Origin: Blastocatellia bacterium
GTDB taxonomy: Bacteria > Acidobacteriota > Blastocatellia > UBA7656
Direction of reading: 5' to 3'
NCBI GenBank assembly: GCA_963765495.1
Contig: CAVXWP010000001.1
Location: forward strand, 1,024,001 to 1,088,000
Length of the DNA: 64,000 nucleotides
Below the pieces are notes generated by a model. The model saw only the letters and a list, made by a program, of their open reading frames with translations, did not search any database and was not told the origin of the DNA. The translations under genes were made by a program, and so were the position numbers. This document shows, piece after piece, positions 9,664 through 20,230 of the stretch (position 1 is the first letter of the stretch; every line of letters starts with the position of its first letter).

Positions 9664-12126
9664 ATGCTTTATAAAAGAGTTTCAAGTCTGATACTTGCCC
9701 TGTTCCTGGTGAGCGCAAATATCGCATCACCAGTCCTTGCCACGACGCTGCCTCAAAAGCGAGAGGATAAGAAAGATTCGTCCTCCGTTGCCTCGCGGCC
9801 CGATCTTAAGGAGCGCCTTGCCGCAATAGAGAAGGCCATTGACGAGAAACGCGACGCGCTTGGTATACCCGGGCTCTCGCTTGTAATCGTCAAAGATGAC
9901 AAGGTGATTTATAAGAAAGGGCTTGGCTTCAAAGATGCCGAACGCAAACTTGGTGTCACACCCGCGACGCTTTTTGCCATTGGCTCCTGCACAAAGGCCT
10001 TTACCGCTATGGCGGCCGTGATGAGCGCCGACGAAGGAAAGCTCTCTCTTGATGATTCGCCAAAGAAATACCTGCCCTATTTCAAGCTACAAGACCCGGA
10101 GGCCGATCAGAATGTCACTATCCGTGACCTGCTCTGTCACAGAACGGGCCTCGACAACACCGATATTGCCTGGTACACGGGCGTGCTTAACCGCGAAGGG
10201 GTCATAAAGGTAGCCGGTAACGCAAAGCCTACCGCAAAATTCAGAGAGAAGTTTCAATATCAGAACGTGATGTTCAGCGCGGCGGGCGAAGTCGTAGCCC
10301 GTGCGCAGAACTCTACCTGGGAACAGATAATCGCCAATCGTTTCTTCAAGCCGCTCGGGATGAAGGCTAGCAATACATCGGCCAAACAGATGCTGAAGTC
10401 ATCAGATTTCGCTATCGGTTATAAGCTTGCCGACAAGAAATCCGAACCCCTTGCCCTGCGTGATCTGACCAACATCGCTCCCGCGGGAGCCATCAATTCG
10501 AATGCAAACGACATGGGGCAGTGGCTGCGATTGATGCTCGGAGGAGGCGTGTTCGAAGGCAAACGGCTCGTCTCTGAAAAAGGCTTTAACGAACTTCTGA
10601 CAAAACAGATAAGCATCGGCGGCAGCCTGAGCGGCTACGCGCTCGGCTGGGGTACGGGAGAGTGGCGGGGGCACCGACTGGCCCTGCATAGCGGCGGTAT
10701 TGACGGCTTCAACTCGCTTGTAGTGCTGGCCCCTGACGACAGTCTTGGATTTGTCCTGCTGACTAATGTGACTTCCTCGCCCATACTCGGCGCTGCCAGA
10801 GAGATAGTGCTGTCGAATCTCATCACCGTGCCTGAGCCCGAGGCCTCGACCTCAGGCAAAACCCCCTCGGTTGATCCGAAAACGGAAACGGGCAAATACA
10901 AGTTTGCGGCGGCGGGTTTAAATATCGAGATAGTCTTTCGTGACGGCAATCTTGTTGCCATAGTGCCGGGGCAGCCCGATTATCCGCTCATAAATGTCGG
11001 CGGGCGCAGATACAAACTTGGCGCGCCCGCTCCCGACGGCTTCTACATGACGTTTCGCCCGGTTAAAGAGAAAGAGTCTGAAACGGAAATGTATCTGGAA
11101 CAGCCACAGGGCAATTTTGTCCTGCCCAAATTGAGCGCGGACGCGGAAACCGATGCCGCCCCCACACTGGCAACCTATTCGGGCAACTACGAAGAATTGC
11201 CCGGAAAGTACCAGAAAAATAATCAGTCAATCGAGGTCAAATCGAAGGAAGGTAATCTGATTCTGGTAGTGCCGGGCCAGCCGCCATATACACTGGTCGA
11301 AAAAGAGAAGGATCAGTTCGGCGCTGCCGAATTGCCCGATTCCTACGGGTTGAATGTCAAGCGCGGGGAAGACGGCAAGATAACTGCCATCTCGCTCAAA
11401 CAGCCCCAGGGAGAGTTTGAATTCACAAGAATGAATGAGCCTGCCGGTGAGTCGGGGTCGCTTTCAGTCGAAGAGTTGATGGCCAGAGTCATAGAGGCAT
11501 CGGGCGGCGAAGCAAATATCCGCAAGCATAAAACGATGATGGTGACAGGCGATCTGATTTTTGAAAATCAGGGTCTGACCGGCCATGTCATAAACATGTC
11601 CAGAGCGCCTGCCTCGATTGCTTCTATGATGACTTTTATCGGGCTTGGCAAGGAGATAGGAACCGTGCACGAGCATTTCGACGGCGCAAAGGGCGGCTCC
11701 GAGACAAGCTTTTCTCCGCCCGAAGTCTATGGCGACAAACTGGCGAGCGAGGCCCGTATTACGGCTGATTTCTATCAGCCGCTCGGCTGGAAAGAGCTCT
11801 TCGAAAGCGTAACCATAAAGCAGATGTCGAAAGTAGGCGATGAAGATGTTTACGTGGTTGTAAAGAAGCCGAAAGAAGGCACACCCGTAACCGATTACAT
11901 CTCGGCGAAAACCTTTCTGGTGCTCAAACGCGATATGGTAAAGACGACAGGTGATGGAGCGATTCCCGTGACCGAATCCTACAGCGATTACAGGTCCGTC
12001 GATGGTGTGATGGTTCCGTTTGAAATCCATACCTCGCAACCCGGCTTCGGCTCTGTCATCGCTCAGGTAAAAGATGTCAAGTTCGACGTAGAGATTTCCG
12101 ATGCCGAGTTTGAGGCAAAGAACTGA
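9664..12126 (+). CDS. Secreted serine hydrolase (beta-lactamase/AmpC-like) with C-terminal extension
   Basis: Signal peptide; SCTK (SxxK), YQN, HSGG motifs; AGGAGG RBS before ATG 9664. Confidence 0.88.
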   Translation: MLYKRVSSLILALFLVSANIASPVLATTLPQKREDKKDSSSVASRPDLKERLAAIEKAIDEKRDALGIPGLSLVIVKDDKVIYKKGLGFKDAERKLGVTPATLFAIGSCTKAFTAMAAVMSADEGKLSLDDSPKKYLPYFKLQDPEADQNVTIRDLLCHRTGLDNTDIAWYTGVLNREGVIKVAGNAKPTAKFREKFQYQNVMFSAAGEVVARAQNSTWEQIIANRFFKPLGMKASNTSAKQMLKSSDFAIGYKLADKKSEPLALRDLTNIAPAGAINSNANDMGQWLRLMLGGGVFEGKRLVSEKGFNELLTKQISIGGSLSGYALGWGTGEWRGHRLALHSGGIDGFNSLVVLAPDDSLGFVLLTNVTSSPILGAAREIVLSNLITVPEPEASTSGKTPSVDPKTETGKYKFAAAGLNIEIVFRDGNLVAIVPGQPDYPLINVGGRRYKLGAPAPDGFYMTFRPVKEKESETEMYLEQPQGNFVLPKLSADAETDAAPTLATYSGNYEELPGKYQKNNQSIEVKSKEGNLILVVPGQPPYTLVEKEKDQFGAAELPDSYGLNVKRGEDGKITAISLKQPQGEFEFTRMNEPAGESGSLSVEELMARVIEASGGEANIRKHKTMMVTGDLIFENQGLTGHVINMSRAPASIASMMTFIGLGKEIGTVHEHFDGAKGGSETSFSPPEVYGDKLASEARITADFYQPLGWKELFESVTIKQMSKVGDEDVYVVVKKPKEGTPVTDYISAKTFLVLKRDMVKTTGDGAIPVTESYSDYRSVDGVMVPFEIHTSQPGFGSVIAQVKDVKFDVEISDAEFEAKN

Positions 12127-12140
12127 TCTTCGATGCGGTG

Positions 12141-12183
12141 TCTGAGATTTGAGGTCTGAAAGTTCAGACCTCAAATCTCAGAT
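12141..12183. repeat. Heptamer-derived hairpin between convergent genes
   Basis: TCTGAGATTTGAGGTCTGAA ag TTCAGACCTCAAATCTCAGA. Confidence 0.85.
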
Positions 12184-12188
12184 TGCTT

Positions 12189-13025
12189 TTACTGGCCGCT
12201 CAGATATTCGCGCAGGATATTGGTGAGGGCCGTCAACCACAAATGCGTGCTCCAGCGCGACAGGGTTTTCCTGACGGTTTGATTTTCCTCGTGCTGCCAG
12301 GCGTTGGATATGGCGGCCGATGTCAGACCTCCGAGAAGGAAAGATATATTTGGCTGATCGCCGCTGCGATCCCCCTGAGTTATAAACAACCGGCTCACCG
12401 CATAACCTATCTTGCCTCCCGTGCTCTTTTTGTTGGAGCGGTGATAGCGAGGGTCCTGTTTGAAGATCGTTGCGTAAGCGAATTTTTCAAAGAAGCTGTT
12501 TGTGATGCGTGTGCCAAAGCTCCGTCCCGCGCGCGCAATCGCGTCGCCCATGAAGTTGCTGAAATCATCGTCTTTAGGGCCGTTATTATCCAGCAATTCG
12601 TTGAACAGACCCGTGAAAAGCGACTGAGCATAGGGTCCGGGCGGGGCAAATGCGCTCTTCATAGCGAGGTTGAATTTTTCCCCCGCCGTCATGGGTGCGG
12701 TGCTGGCTCTGGGCGGCGGCGGCGCAGGGAGCGGTCCCGGGTTGGCGGGAACGAGTGTTTCAGCCCCATCGGGTTGTGCTTTCATCGCATCGCTGAAAAT
12801 GATGGACGCAATCATTGGTGGATTTGAAGCATTGCTCCCTTCGGGACTCGATGCCTGAACGGGAGCAGGCTCAACGGCTTTATCCGAGCCTGTGGCTCGG
12901 CTCTCTTTTGCTTTTTTGTCCGATGTGTCGCTTGCAGTCGCGGTTTGCGCAAGCGACAGCAGCAACGCGACGATAAGCAGAGAGACAAACGACTTTATCC
13001 CGGCTCGTTGAACTATGTTGAGCAT
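12189..13025 (-). CDS. Hypothetical exported/membrane protein
   Basis: Signal peptide, Pro-rich linker, FKQDPRYHR motif. Confidence 0.65.
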   Translation of the reverse strand: MLNIVQRAGIKSFVSLLIVALLLSLAQTATASDTSDKKAKESRATGSDKAVEPAPVQASSPEGSNASNPPMIASIIFSDAMKAQPDGAETLVPANPGPLPAPPPPRASTAPMTAGEKFNLAMKSAFAPPGPYAQSLFTGLFNELLDNNGPKDDDFSNFMGDAIARAGRSFGTRITNSFFEKFAYATIFKQDPRYHRSNKKSTGGKIGYAVSRLFITQGDRSGDQPNISFLLGGLTSAAISNAWQHEENQTVRKTLSRWSTHLWLTALTNILREYLSGQ

Positions 13026-13246
13026 ATTTCACCTCTGCAAAAGAAAATATGTTTCTGTACTACGACGGGTCATACTACCATAACCTTCTGCAATCTCGAA
13101 ACGAAACTTCTCCCTTGTCTTGCGGGCAGACTGATCCTTTTACCTTCCTTATCCAGTTTCTGCGGAAAACTGAATGGCCCTGCCGATTGCATGAGGTATA
13201 GAATAACTCTTCCGATTCCAGTTCGGATTATCAGGAGGTAAATCTA

Positions 13247-14872
13247 ATGTTGTATACGGGGACTCCGCTCAAAGTGTTACTGCCGCTCGTAGCGGCCTTG
13301 ATAGCCCTGCTTGCCGGAGACGGGGGGAGCCAGCAGTCAAAGCTGGGCAAGATTGATTTCCCTACCTCCGGGTCAGCAGATGCGCAGGCGCATTTCCTGC
13401 GAGGGGTCGCCGCGCTGCATTCATTCTGGTATGAAGAGGCTCTGGATGAATTTCAACAGGCGACAAAGCTAGACCCCGATTTCGCTATGGGCTACTGGGG
13501 CGAGGCGATGACCTACAATCACCCGCTCTGGCGTCAACAGGACCTGGAGGCGGCCAGAAAGTCGCTTGAAAAGATCAAAGAGACCGACAGGCTCACGCCA
13601 AAAGAGCGCGCCTTTATCAACGCGATAAAGGTGCTTTACGGCGAAGGCGACAAACTCGCGCGCGACATCGCTTACTCGAAGGCTATGGAGAAAATCCATC
13701 TCGACTATCCCGATGATCTGGAGGCCTCGGCCTTTTACGCGCTGTCGCTTTTGGGTACGGTTCGCTTTGGCGACAAAGGATTTGCTCGACAGATGAAAGC
13801 CGCCGCAATCGCGCTCGATGTTTATCAGAAGAATCCTGACCATCCGGGCGCGGCGCACTACATAATTCATGCCTTCGACGATCCTGAGCACGCTATTCTG
13901 GCCCTTCCGGCTGCGCGCCGCTATGCCGAGATCGCGCCCGAAGCGCATCATGCGCGGCATATGCCTTCGCACATTTTCCTTCAGCTCGGAATGTGGCCCG
14001 AAGCCGCCCGTTCAAACGAATCTGCGTGGGCCGTCTCCGACGCGTGGGTGCAGCGCAAAGGGCTGGGCGTGAGCCAGCGCGATTATCACAGTCTCTCGTG
14101 GCTGCTCTACGTTTATATGCAGCAGGGGCGATACTCAAAAGCCGAAGAGTTGCTCGCGCTGATGAGAAAGACAATCGAAGAGGCGGGCGCAAGCAATCAT
14201 CTGCAAAGTGTCTACACCACGATGGCGACTACCTATGCCGTCGAGTCCGAGCGATGGCAGATGCTGGACACGCTGTTTGCCGCAAGTGATGCAAAAGGCG
14301 AGGAGGCAAATCACCACGGCGGAGGGATGGGTTACGGTTCTGACGAAAAAAACACACGCATAGCCTTCGCTCACGGTCTTGCCGCAGAAGACGCAGAAAA
14401 ATACATCGCCTCGCTTGCTGAAAGTCGCAAGCAACAACAAGCGGGCGACCCGTATCAGGCGAAACAGACCGAGATTATGGAACTCGGGGTAACCGCCGTG
14501 ACTCTTACCAGGAAGAGAGAGTTCGACAAGGCTATTGAGTTAATGAAAAAAGCGACCGCGCTTGAAGAAGAACTCTCTCCGCCGTCGGGGCCGCCCGATC
14601 TGATAAAGCCCTCGCACGAAGTCTTTGGCGAAATACTGCTCGCCGCGAATCGTCCAAAGGAAGCCATCCATCAATTCGAGGTCTCTTTACAGAGACAGCC
14701 GAACCGGGCGCGCTCGCTCCTGGGTCTTGCCCGGGCGCTGGCCCGGAGTGACGATAAGTCGGCGGCTCTGTCGGCCTATACCCATTTCCTCCAAGTGTGG
14801 AAAGAGGCCGACGGGAAACTGCCGGAACTGGCCGAAGCACAGGAGTATCTGGGGCAGACAAGCTCGCGTTAA
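13247..14872 (+). CDS. Secreted TPR-containing protein
   Basis: AGGAGG RBS; FLRGVAALHSFWY, PDHPGAAHYIIH, HARHMPSHIF; helical repeats. Confidence 0.8.
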   Translation: MLYTGTPLKVLLPLVAALIALLAGDGGSQQSKLGKIDFPTSGSADAQAHFLRGVAALHSFWYEEALDEFQQATKLDPDFAMGYWGEAMTYNHPLWRQQDLEAARKSLEKIKETDRLTPKERAFINAIKVLYGEGDKLARDIAYSKAMEKIHLDYPDDLEASAFYALSLLGTVRFGDKGFARQMKAAAIALDVYQKNPDHPGAAHYIIHAFDDPEHAILALPAARRYAEIAPEAHHARHMPSHIFLQLGMWPEAARSNESAWAVSDAWVQRKGLGVSQRDYHSLSWLLYVYMQQGRYSKAEELLALMRKTIEEAGASNHLQSVYTTMATTYAVESERWQMLDTLFAASDAKGEEANHHGGGMGYGSDEKNTRIAFAHGLAAEDAEKYIASLAESRKQQQAGDPYQAKQTEIMELGVTAVTLTRKREFDKAIELMKKATALEEELSPPSGPPDLIKPSHEVFGEILLAANRPKEAIHQFEVSLQRQPNRARSLLGLARALARSDDKSAALSAYTHFLQVWKEADGKLPELAEAQEYLGQTSSR

Positions 14873-15087
14873 AGCCTTTGTGATGACTGCCGGGCTACGC
14901 AATCTTGTACATTGAAACAAATGCTGATGTAGAGAAAAGCTACATCGCCTTCCGTGACAGGTCTGTAATAATGCCTCACAATCTGGATCTAAACGGTCCA
15001 AAATAGCCCTTTATCCGTGGTCCGCCGATTGCTGAAACTGATTTATCTCTATTGGTTTTAAATCCGGTTTAATGGGCTGGACTATTG

Positions 15088-15549
15088 ATGGATATTCAAA
15101 TTGATTCGTCGGTAATCGGACCGCTAAAAATTTTGCTTGTTGATGACGATGTATTCGTACACGAGATGTTGGATGCCTTGCTTAACAAGGATCAGTTTTT
15201 GCAATTTGCCGTAACAAATGTCGCGGATGCCATGAGGTATATGGAGAATGAAACGCCCGATATTATAATCACCGATGCGATGATGCCGGGCGAAAGCGGT
15301 TTCAGCCTTATACACAAGTTAAAATCCGAATCTCGAACCAGGGAGATACCTGTCATTTTGTTGACCATACTTCAGAAGCCGGACGGGTCTGTAATGGACG
15401 CAAGCGGCAAGGCCGACATCTGCGTCACCAAGCCTCTGTATCTATCAGACATCGAATCCGCGCTGGCGGAGGCGAAGCGTCTGGTCAAGACCCGCAGGGC
15501 TATTGATGTAAGTATCCCTAAACCGGAAATCATCCATGTGGATATTTAG
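15088..15549 (+). CDS. Single-domain response regulator
   Basis: ILLVDDD, IITDAMMPGESG, TKP. Confidence 0.88.
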   Translation: MDIQIDSSVIGPLKILLVDDDVFVHEMLDALLNKDQFLQFAVTNVADAMRYMENETPDIIITDAMMPGESGFSLIHKLKSESRTREIPVILLTILQKPDGSVMDASGKADICVTKPLYLSDIESALAEAKRLVKTRRAIDVSIPKPEIIHVDI

Positions 15550-15580
15550 CAATGACGGTCGAGGGGGGTTGCTCGGCGCG

Positions 15581-15955
15581 ATGACTCAATCTTATAACGG
15601 CAACGATACACATCTGATAGACCGTTCCGAGCTTTTATTGAGCGTAGATGGAGACACGCAACTGCTTGGTGTGCTAACGAATCTTTTTCTAAAGCATTGC
15701 CCGCAACAATTGGCCGATATCGGGCGCGCAATCGAGCGGAAGGAAAGCGAGGCCCTGGCGCGCACGGCCCATGCATTGAGGGGAGGCGCGGGACACTTTC
15801 TCACTCGAACCGCTTATAAGTTATTAACCGATCTGGAAATGATCGGGAAAGAGGGACGCCTCGACGATGTTGAAGGATTGCTTGAAGAGTTAGAGGCTGA
15901 AATGCTTGCGGTCGAGCGAGAGCTATCCGCATTCGTGATAGAACAACCCGTCTGA
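15581..15955 (+). CDS. Hpt (histidine phosphotransfer) protein
   Basis: ARTAHALRGGAG resembles the Hpt AHxLKG motif; adjacent to a receiver gene. Confidence 0.8.
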   Translation: MTQSYNGNDTHLIDRSELLLSVDGDTQLLGVLTNLFLKHCPQQLADIGRAIERKESEALARTAHALRGGAGHFLTRTAYKLLTDLEMIGKEGRLDDVEGLLEELEAEMLAVERELSAFVIEQPV

Positions 15956-16003
15956 AAAAATCTTAAGACGTCTGATTGCCTTAAGATTTTTTCGGACGGG
16001 TTG
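15945..16003. terminator. Long hairpin between convergent genes
   Basis: AACCCGTCTGAAAAAATCTTAAG ... CTTAAGATTTTTTCGGACGGGTT. Confidence 0.7.
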
Positions 16004-16020
16004 TAGGAAATCTTACCCGA

Positions 16021-17181
16021 TTATTTCCCGGCCAGGGCGACCACTTTTTCGGCCGCGTCCTTCATCCCGGAAGCAGTAGTGAAATTCAGGCCGGAGGTCT
16101 CTATCACCTCGCGCCCGCGCTCGACATTGGTTCCTTCGAGCCTGACGACCACAGGCACCTCGATGCCTATCTTGCGCGCGGCTTCGACCACACCCGTAGC
16201 AACCATATCGGTTCGCACTATGCCGCCAAAGATGTTTATCAACACGGCCTTTACGTTAGGGTCGGAAAGCAGAATCCTGAAGGCGTTCTCGACCCGCTCC
16301 TGAGATGCGCCACCGCCTACATCGAGAAAGTTGGCAGGCTCGCCGCCCGCCAGCTTTATGATGTCCATAGTCGCCATAGCGAGCCCCGCCCCGTTGACCA
16401 TGCATCCGATATTGCCGTCCAGCTTGATGTAATTCAGATCGAATTTCGAAGCCTCGATTTCAAGCGGGTCTTCTTCGTTCAGGTCGCGCAATTCGGCGTA
16501 GCTCTTATGGCGAAACATCGCGTTATCGTCAAAGTTCAGCTTTGCATCGAGCGCGTATAACTGATTGTCTTCCGTCAGCAGGAAGGGGTTGATCTCGAGG
16601 AGCGAAGCGTCCAGATCGACAAAAGCGCGATAGAGCGCAATCATAAAGCCAGCCGCTTTGTTTATGACCTCTTTTGGCAACCCTATGCCGAAGGCCAGCT
16701 TGCGAGCCTGAAAGGGCAATAGCCCTACGGCCGGGTCTATCGGCTCTTTCAATATCTTTTCCGGCTCGGTCGCGGCCACTTCTTCTATGTCCATGCCGCC
16801 TGCGGACGATGCCATAAAGACGAGGCGCGAGAGAGCGCGATCCAAAACTATCCCGAGATAAAATTCCTGTTTGATCTTCAGCCCTTCTTCGATCAGGAGG
16901 GTGCGCACCTCGCGGCCTTCGGGGCCGGTCTGGTGCGTAACCAGATTCATGCCGAGGATCTGCCGGGCTATCTCTTCGGCCTCGTCAGCCGTGCGAGCGA
17001 GTTTTACGCCGCCGCCCTTGCCGCGCCCGCCCGCGTGTATCTGCGCTTTTACGACCACGGGCAGGCCGAGTCTTTCCACAATTGCGCGCACTTCATCGGT
17101 CGATGTTACGACCTCGCCGCGCGGGACCGTCACTCCATATTTCGCCAGAAGCTGCTTGCCTTGATATTCGTGTATCTTCAT
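16021..17181 (-). CDS. sucC: Succinyl-CoA synthetase beta subunit
   Basis: [42 protein letters not shown]. Confidence 0.97.
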   Translation of the reverse strand: MKIHEYQGKQLLAKYGVTVPRGEVVTSTDEVRAIVERLGLPVVVKAQIHAGGRGKGGGVKLARTADEAEEIARQILGMNLVTHQTGPEGREVRTLLIEEGLKIKQEFYLGIVLDRALSRLVFMASSAGGMDIEEVAATEPEKILKEPIDPAVGLLPFQARKLAFGIGLPKEVINKAAGFMIALYRAFVDLDASLLEINPFLLTEDNQLYALDAKLNFDDNAMFRHKSYAELRDLNEEDPLEIEASKFDLNYIKLDGNIGCMVNGAGLAMATMDIIKLAGGEPANFLDVGGGASQERVENAFRILLSDPNVKAVLINIFGGIVRTDMVATGVVEAARKIGIEVPVVVRLEGTNVERGREVIETSGLNFTTASGMKDAAEKVVALAGK

Positions 17182-17190
17182 TCATTCGTC

Positions 17191-19440
17191 CTATCTGCTG
17201 GTGGCTTTACCGCTGACAGCGCCGCGCTGGATCGTGAGGATATAGACGCCGCTTGAAAAGCTGCCGGCGTAAATGCGGTCCCGCTCGAAGGGGTCGAACG
17301 TGATCGTCCACACGCGGTTGCTCGGAAGTTCGGTGTCTATGCGTTCCCAGGTGTAGCCCTTGTCGCCCGAACGGTATATCCCACCTCGTGAATAATCCGA
17401 TACCATCATTTCGTCGGGATTGACCGGATTGATCACAACGGTAGTGTAATCGCCTGCGGGCAATCCATTGCCCCTGCGTATCCAACTCCGCCCGCCGTTT
17501 GTCGAGCGGTACACAAACTGATTTGTGCCGACGATGACCAGATTCGGGTCGCGCGGGTCCTGCGCTATCGTCTTCACAGCCATATCGCTCGGCCCCCGCT
17601 CGACCTGCGACCACGTTGCCCCTCCATTGTCAGATATGTAGAGCCCTGACTGTGTGCCCGCGAATATTTTTTCAGACATCTGTTTGTGAACCGATACGGA
17701 AAGCACTCGGCTCGCTCCGCCTACATAAATCTTTTCCCACCCCTTGGTTTCATCCGTGGTGCGATAGAGCCCGTCCATTGCGGCGGCCCACAACACGCGA
17801 TGGCCTTCGCTGTCTACGTAGCCCGACAGGTCGTCGACCTGAGTCGACAACTCAACCATAGGCGGCCCGGCAGGCTCTGCCGGTTTTGGCGCAGCTTTCT
17901 TGACGGGTGCTTTTCTGGTCGATTTTTTTGTCCGCTTCTTCGATGAACGGCGTTGATAGGCTACGGTCTGAATCTCGTACTGTTCATCGGAGGCCGGGGA
18001 ATAGACTGCGGGTGATGCCGCATCGGCGCGCCTTCTGCTTTTGCGCCTCGGTTTTGCTGCCGGTTTGGCCTTCTCTTTTTCGACGTAATTCCAGCTTGCG
18101 CCGCCGTCGCTTGAGCGATAGACGCCGCTGTTTGTGCCCGCGTATATGACGCTCGGATCATCGGCGGCCTGGAAAAAAGCGAAGACATCGCGTGTGCCAA
18201 GACCGCGCGAAGCAGACTGCCACGTCTCGCCCTTGTCTGTGGAAGAAAAGACGCTGCCCGCCTGTCCGTCGTGATAAACGCTTGCAAGCAATCGGCCTCG
18301 CTCGTTTGTTTCCGGCAGGATGGCAAGAACGTGCCTGTGAATAAATCCCGCGTTCGCGTCAGAGAAGTCATCGCCCAGGTTATTTGAAACCCGCACGCCG
18401 AAATCATCTGTTGCTATCATCACGCGATTGGGGTTTGAAGGGTGAATCACTATCGCGCGAATCACTACGTTTTTGGATGTCAACAGCATCCACCGTTTGC
18501 CACCGTCTTTGCTGCGCCAGAGCCCTTCGCTTGTCCCGGCAAATATGACATTGGGCATAGTCGGGTGCGTTCGCAGAGCGTAGGTGCGGCGAGCGCTGAA
18601 GGGTATGCCCGGCAGCTTTGCCCACTTCTCGCCGCTCGATGTCGAGCGATAGATTCCACTACAGGCATTCATATAAACGAGCGAACCGTCAGCCGGGTCT
18701 ACGCTGATCCCCATTATGTCTGAATCGTCTATCATCCCGCTCGCTTTATAGCCGGTCTGCTTCCATGTCTTGCCGCCATCCGAAGTCTTCCACGGCAGGT
18801 GGTGCGTCCCTACGTAGATGATGTCGGTGTTGACCGGGTCGATTGCAGCCGAATTGATATTGCGGATTTCTGGGTTGTCTTCGGGCGAGATGCGGGTCCA
18901 GTCTTTGCCTGCGTCTGTCGAGCGATAAACACCGTGTCGGTCTCCGACTATCAGGAAATTGGAATCCGAAGGCGCGATTGCTATGGACATGATGATCATC
19001 CCTTTTGTGTCCTTGAGCAATTGCCAGTGCTCGCCGCCGTCTGTGCTCTTGAAGATACCCTGATCCTCGACTCCCTGAGCGACCGCCCACGCGCCCGCAT
19101 ACATGATTTTGGTATTGCGCGGGTCGATGACTATGTTGTCGATAGAGAGCCCGCGTTCGCCAAGCCCCGGTTTAAGCCTCTGCCAGGTCCCGGCGCCGTT
19201 TGTAGATCGGAAAATCTGACCGTCGCTCGTGCCGAGATAAAGGAGTTCGGGGTTGTCAGGCGATCCCACCATCGCCCGCACGTCTCCGCCCCACGGCCCG
19301 GTAATCTCCCACCTGCGCACTTCGCCGTCGGAATCGGTGCTTGAGAGAACATCGTGATGTGGGGTGTCAGCCAGAACCGCCATTCCTGTCATTGAGGCAA
19401 TTAAAGTGAAGATGAGGAGGTAACGAACAGATTTAGTCAC
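17191..19440 (-). CDS. Secreted BNR/Asp-box beta-propeller (VPS10/YCF48-like) protein
   Basis: Many SxDGGxxW repeats; signal peptide after GTG 19440 with AAGGAG RBS; Lys/Arg-rich internal linker. Confidence 0.85.
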   Translation of the reverse strand: MTKSVRYLLIFTLIASMTGMAVLADTPHHDVLSSTDSDGEVRRWEITGPWGGDVRAMVGSPDNPELLYLGTSDGQIFRSTNGAGTWQRLKPGLGERGLSIDNIVIDPRNTKIMYAGAWAVAQGVEDQGIFKSTDGGEHWQLLKDTKGMIIMSIAIAPSDSNFLIVGDRHGVYRSTDAGKDWTRISPEDNPEIRNINSAAIDPVNTDIIYVGTHHLPWKTSDGGKTWKQTGYKASGMIDDSDIMGISVDPADGSLVYMNACSGIYRSTSSGEKWAKLPGIPFSARRTYALRTHPTMPNVIFAGTSEGLWRSKDGGKRWMLLTSKNVVIRAIVIHPSNPNRVMIATDDFGVRVSNNLGDDFSDANAGFIHRHVLAILPETNERGRLLASVYHDGQAGSVFSSTDKGETWQSASRGLGTRDVFAFFQAADDPSVIYAGTNSGVYRSSDGGASWNYVEKEKAKPAAKPRRKSRRRADAASPAVYSPASDEQYEIQTVAYQRRSSKKRTKKSTRKAPVKKAAPKPAEPAGPPMVELSTQVDDLSGYVDSEGHRVLWAAAMDGLYRTTDETKGWEKIYVGGASRVLSVSVHKQMSEKIFAGTQSGLYISDNGGATWSQVERGPSDMAVKTIAQDPRDPNLVIVGTNQFVYRSTNGGRSWIRRGNGLPAGDYTTVVINPVNPDEMMVSDYSRGGIYRSGDKGYTWERIDTELPSNRVWTITFDPFERDRIYAGSFSSGVYILTIQRGAVSGKATSR

Positions 19441-19615
19441 GGGGCTTTGCTCCTTACTTTGGTGATTTATTCCTGAAGAAATTCTGCGCAATCCCATTTC
19501 TTGCTGCCTGGTTGACACACTATACAATAGAAGCCTTTGCGATACCAGACTGCAACATAATCGTAACAGGTCTTTCAGGCTTCGAATCGCTTGCGCCTCT
19601 GTAGGGGCTTCATGC

Positions 19616-20128
19616 TTACTTTGAAAGCGCCTCGCGCGCTACGAAATTGAGAGCATCCTTTGCGGTGACGATACCTGTGACGCGGCCTTCGCGGGTGATC
19701 GGAATGTGGCGAAACCCTCCGACCGACATTTTGTTGAGCGCAAAGCGCAGGCTGTCTGCGGCCTCGATCGTCTCAGGCGAGCGGGTCATCACATCGCGCA
19801 CCAGCAGGTCGCTGAGATCGCTTTTTGTGCACGCAAATTTCAACAACACATCGCGCTCGGTGAATATACCGACCAGGAGTTGATCGGCGACCACCAGCAC
19901 ACACCCTGTATGCCCTTCTCTCATCAGCCGGATGGCTTCCGCCACCGAAGTATCAGGGGCGACAACGACAGGCTCCGACTGCACGATGGCGCTCACAGGC
20001 TCTTCCATAATCAGCCTCTGAAGGCCGCGAGTCGGTTGCGGCACATCGCGGTCTCTGAGCGGTTCCATGCAGTTGACGCAGCGGTCAGTGCCTTCGAGGT
20101 TTTCATCTCCACATCGCGGACAAACCAT
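19616..20128 (-). CDS. CBS-domain protein with N-terminal zinc ribbon
   Basis: CPRCG...CVNC; GIFTERD; GFRHIP. Confidence 0.88.
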   Translation of the reverse strand: MVCPRCGDENLEGTDRCVNCMEPLRDRDVPQPTRGLQRLIMEEPVSAIVQSEPVVVAPDTSVAEAIRLMREGHTGCVLVVADQLLVGIFTERDVLLKFACTKSDLSDLLVRDVMTRSPETIEAADSLRFALNKMSVGGFRHIPITREGRVTGIVTAKDALNFVAREALSK

Positions 20129-20153
20129 CGGGATTCTCCGTATTCTCCGTATC

Positions 20154-20230
20154 CGGGTGTCAGGAGCCGGAGGTCGGGGATGAAAAAAACGTTTCTGCTC
20201 TCAACCCCGGCCCCCGGCTCCCGACCCCTA
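20154..20230. repeat. Inverted heptamer arrays (GGGGTCG class) at the korB stop
   Basis: cgggtgtcaggagccggaggtcgggg ... ccccggcccccggctcccgacccc-ta. Confidence 0.75.
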
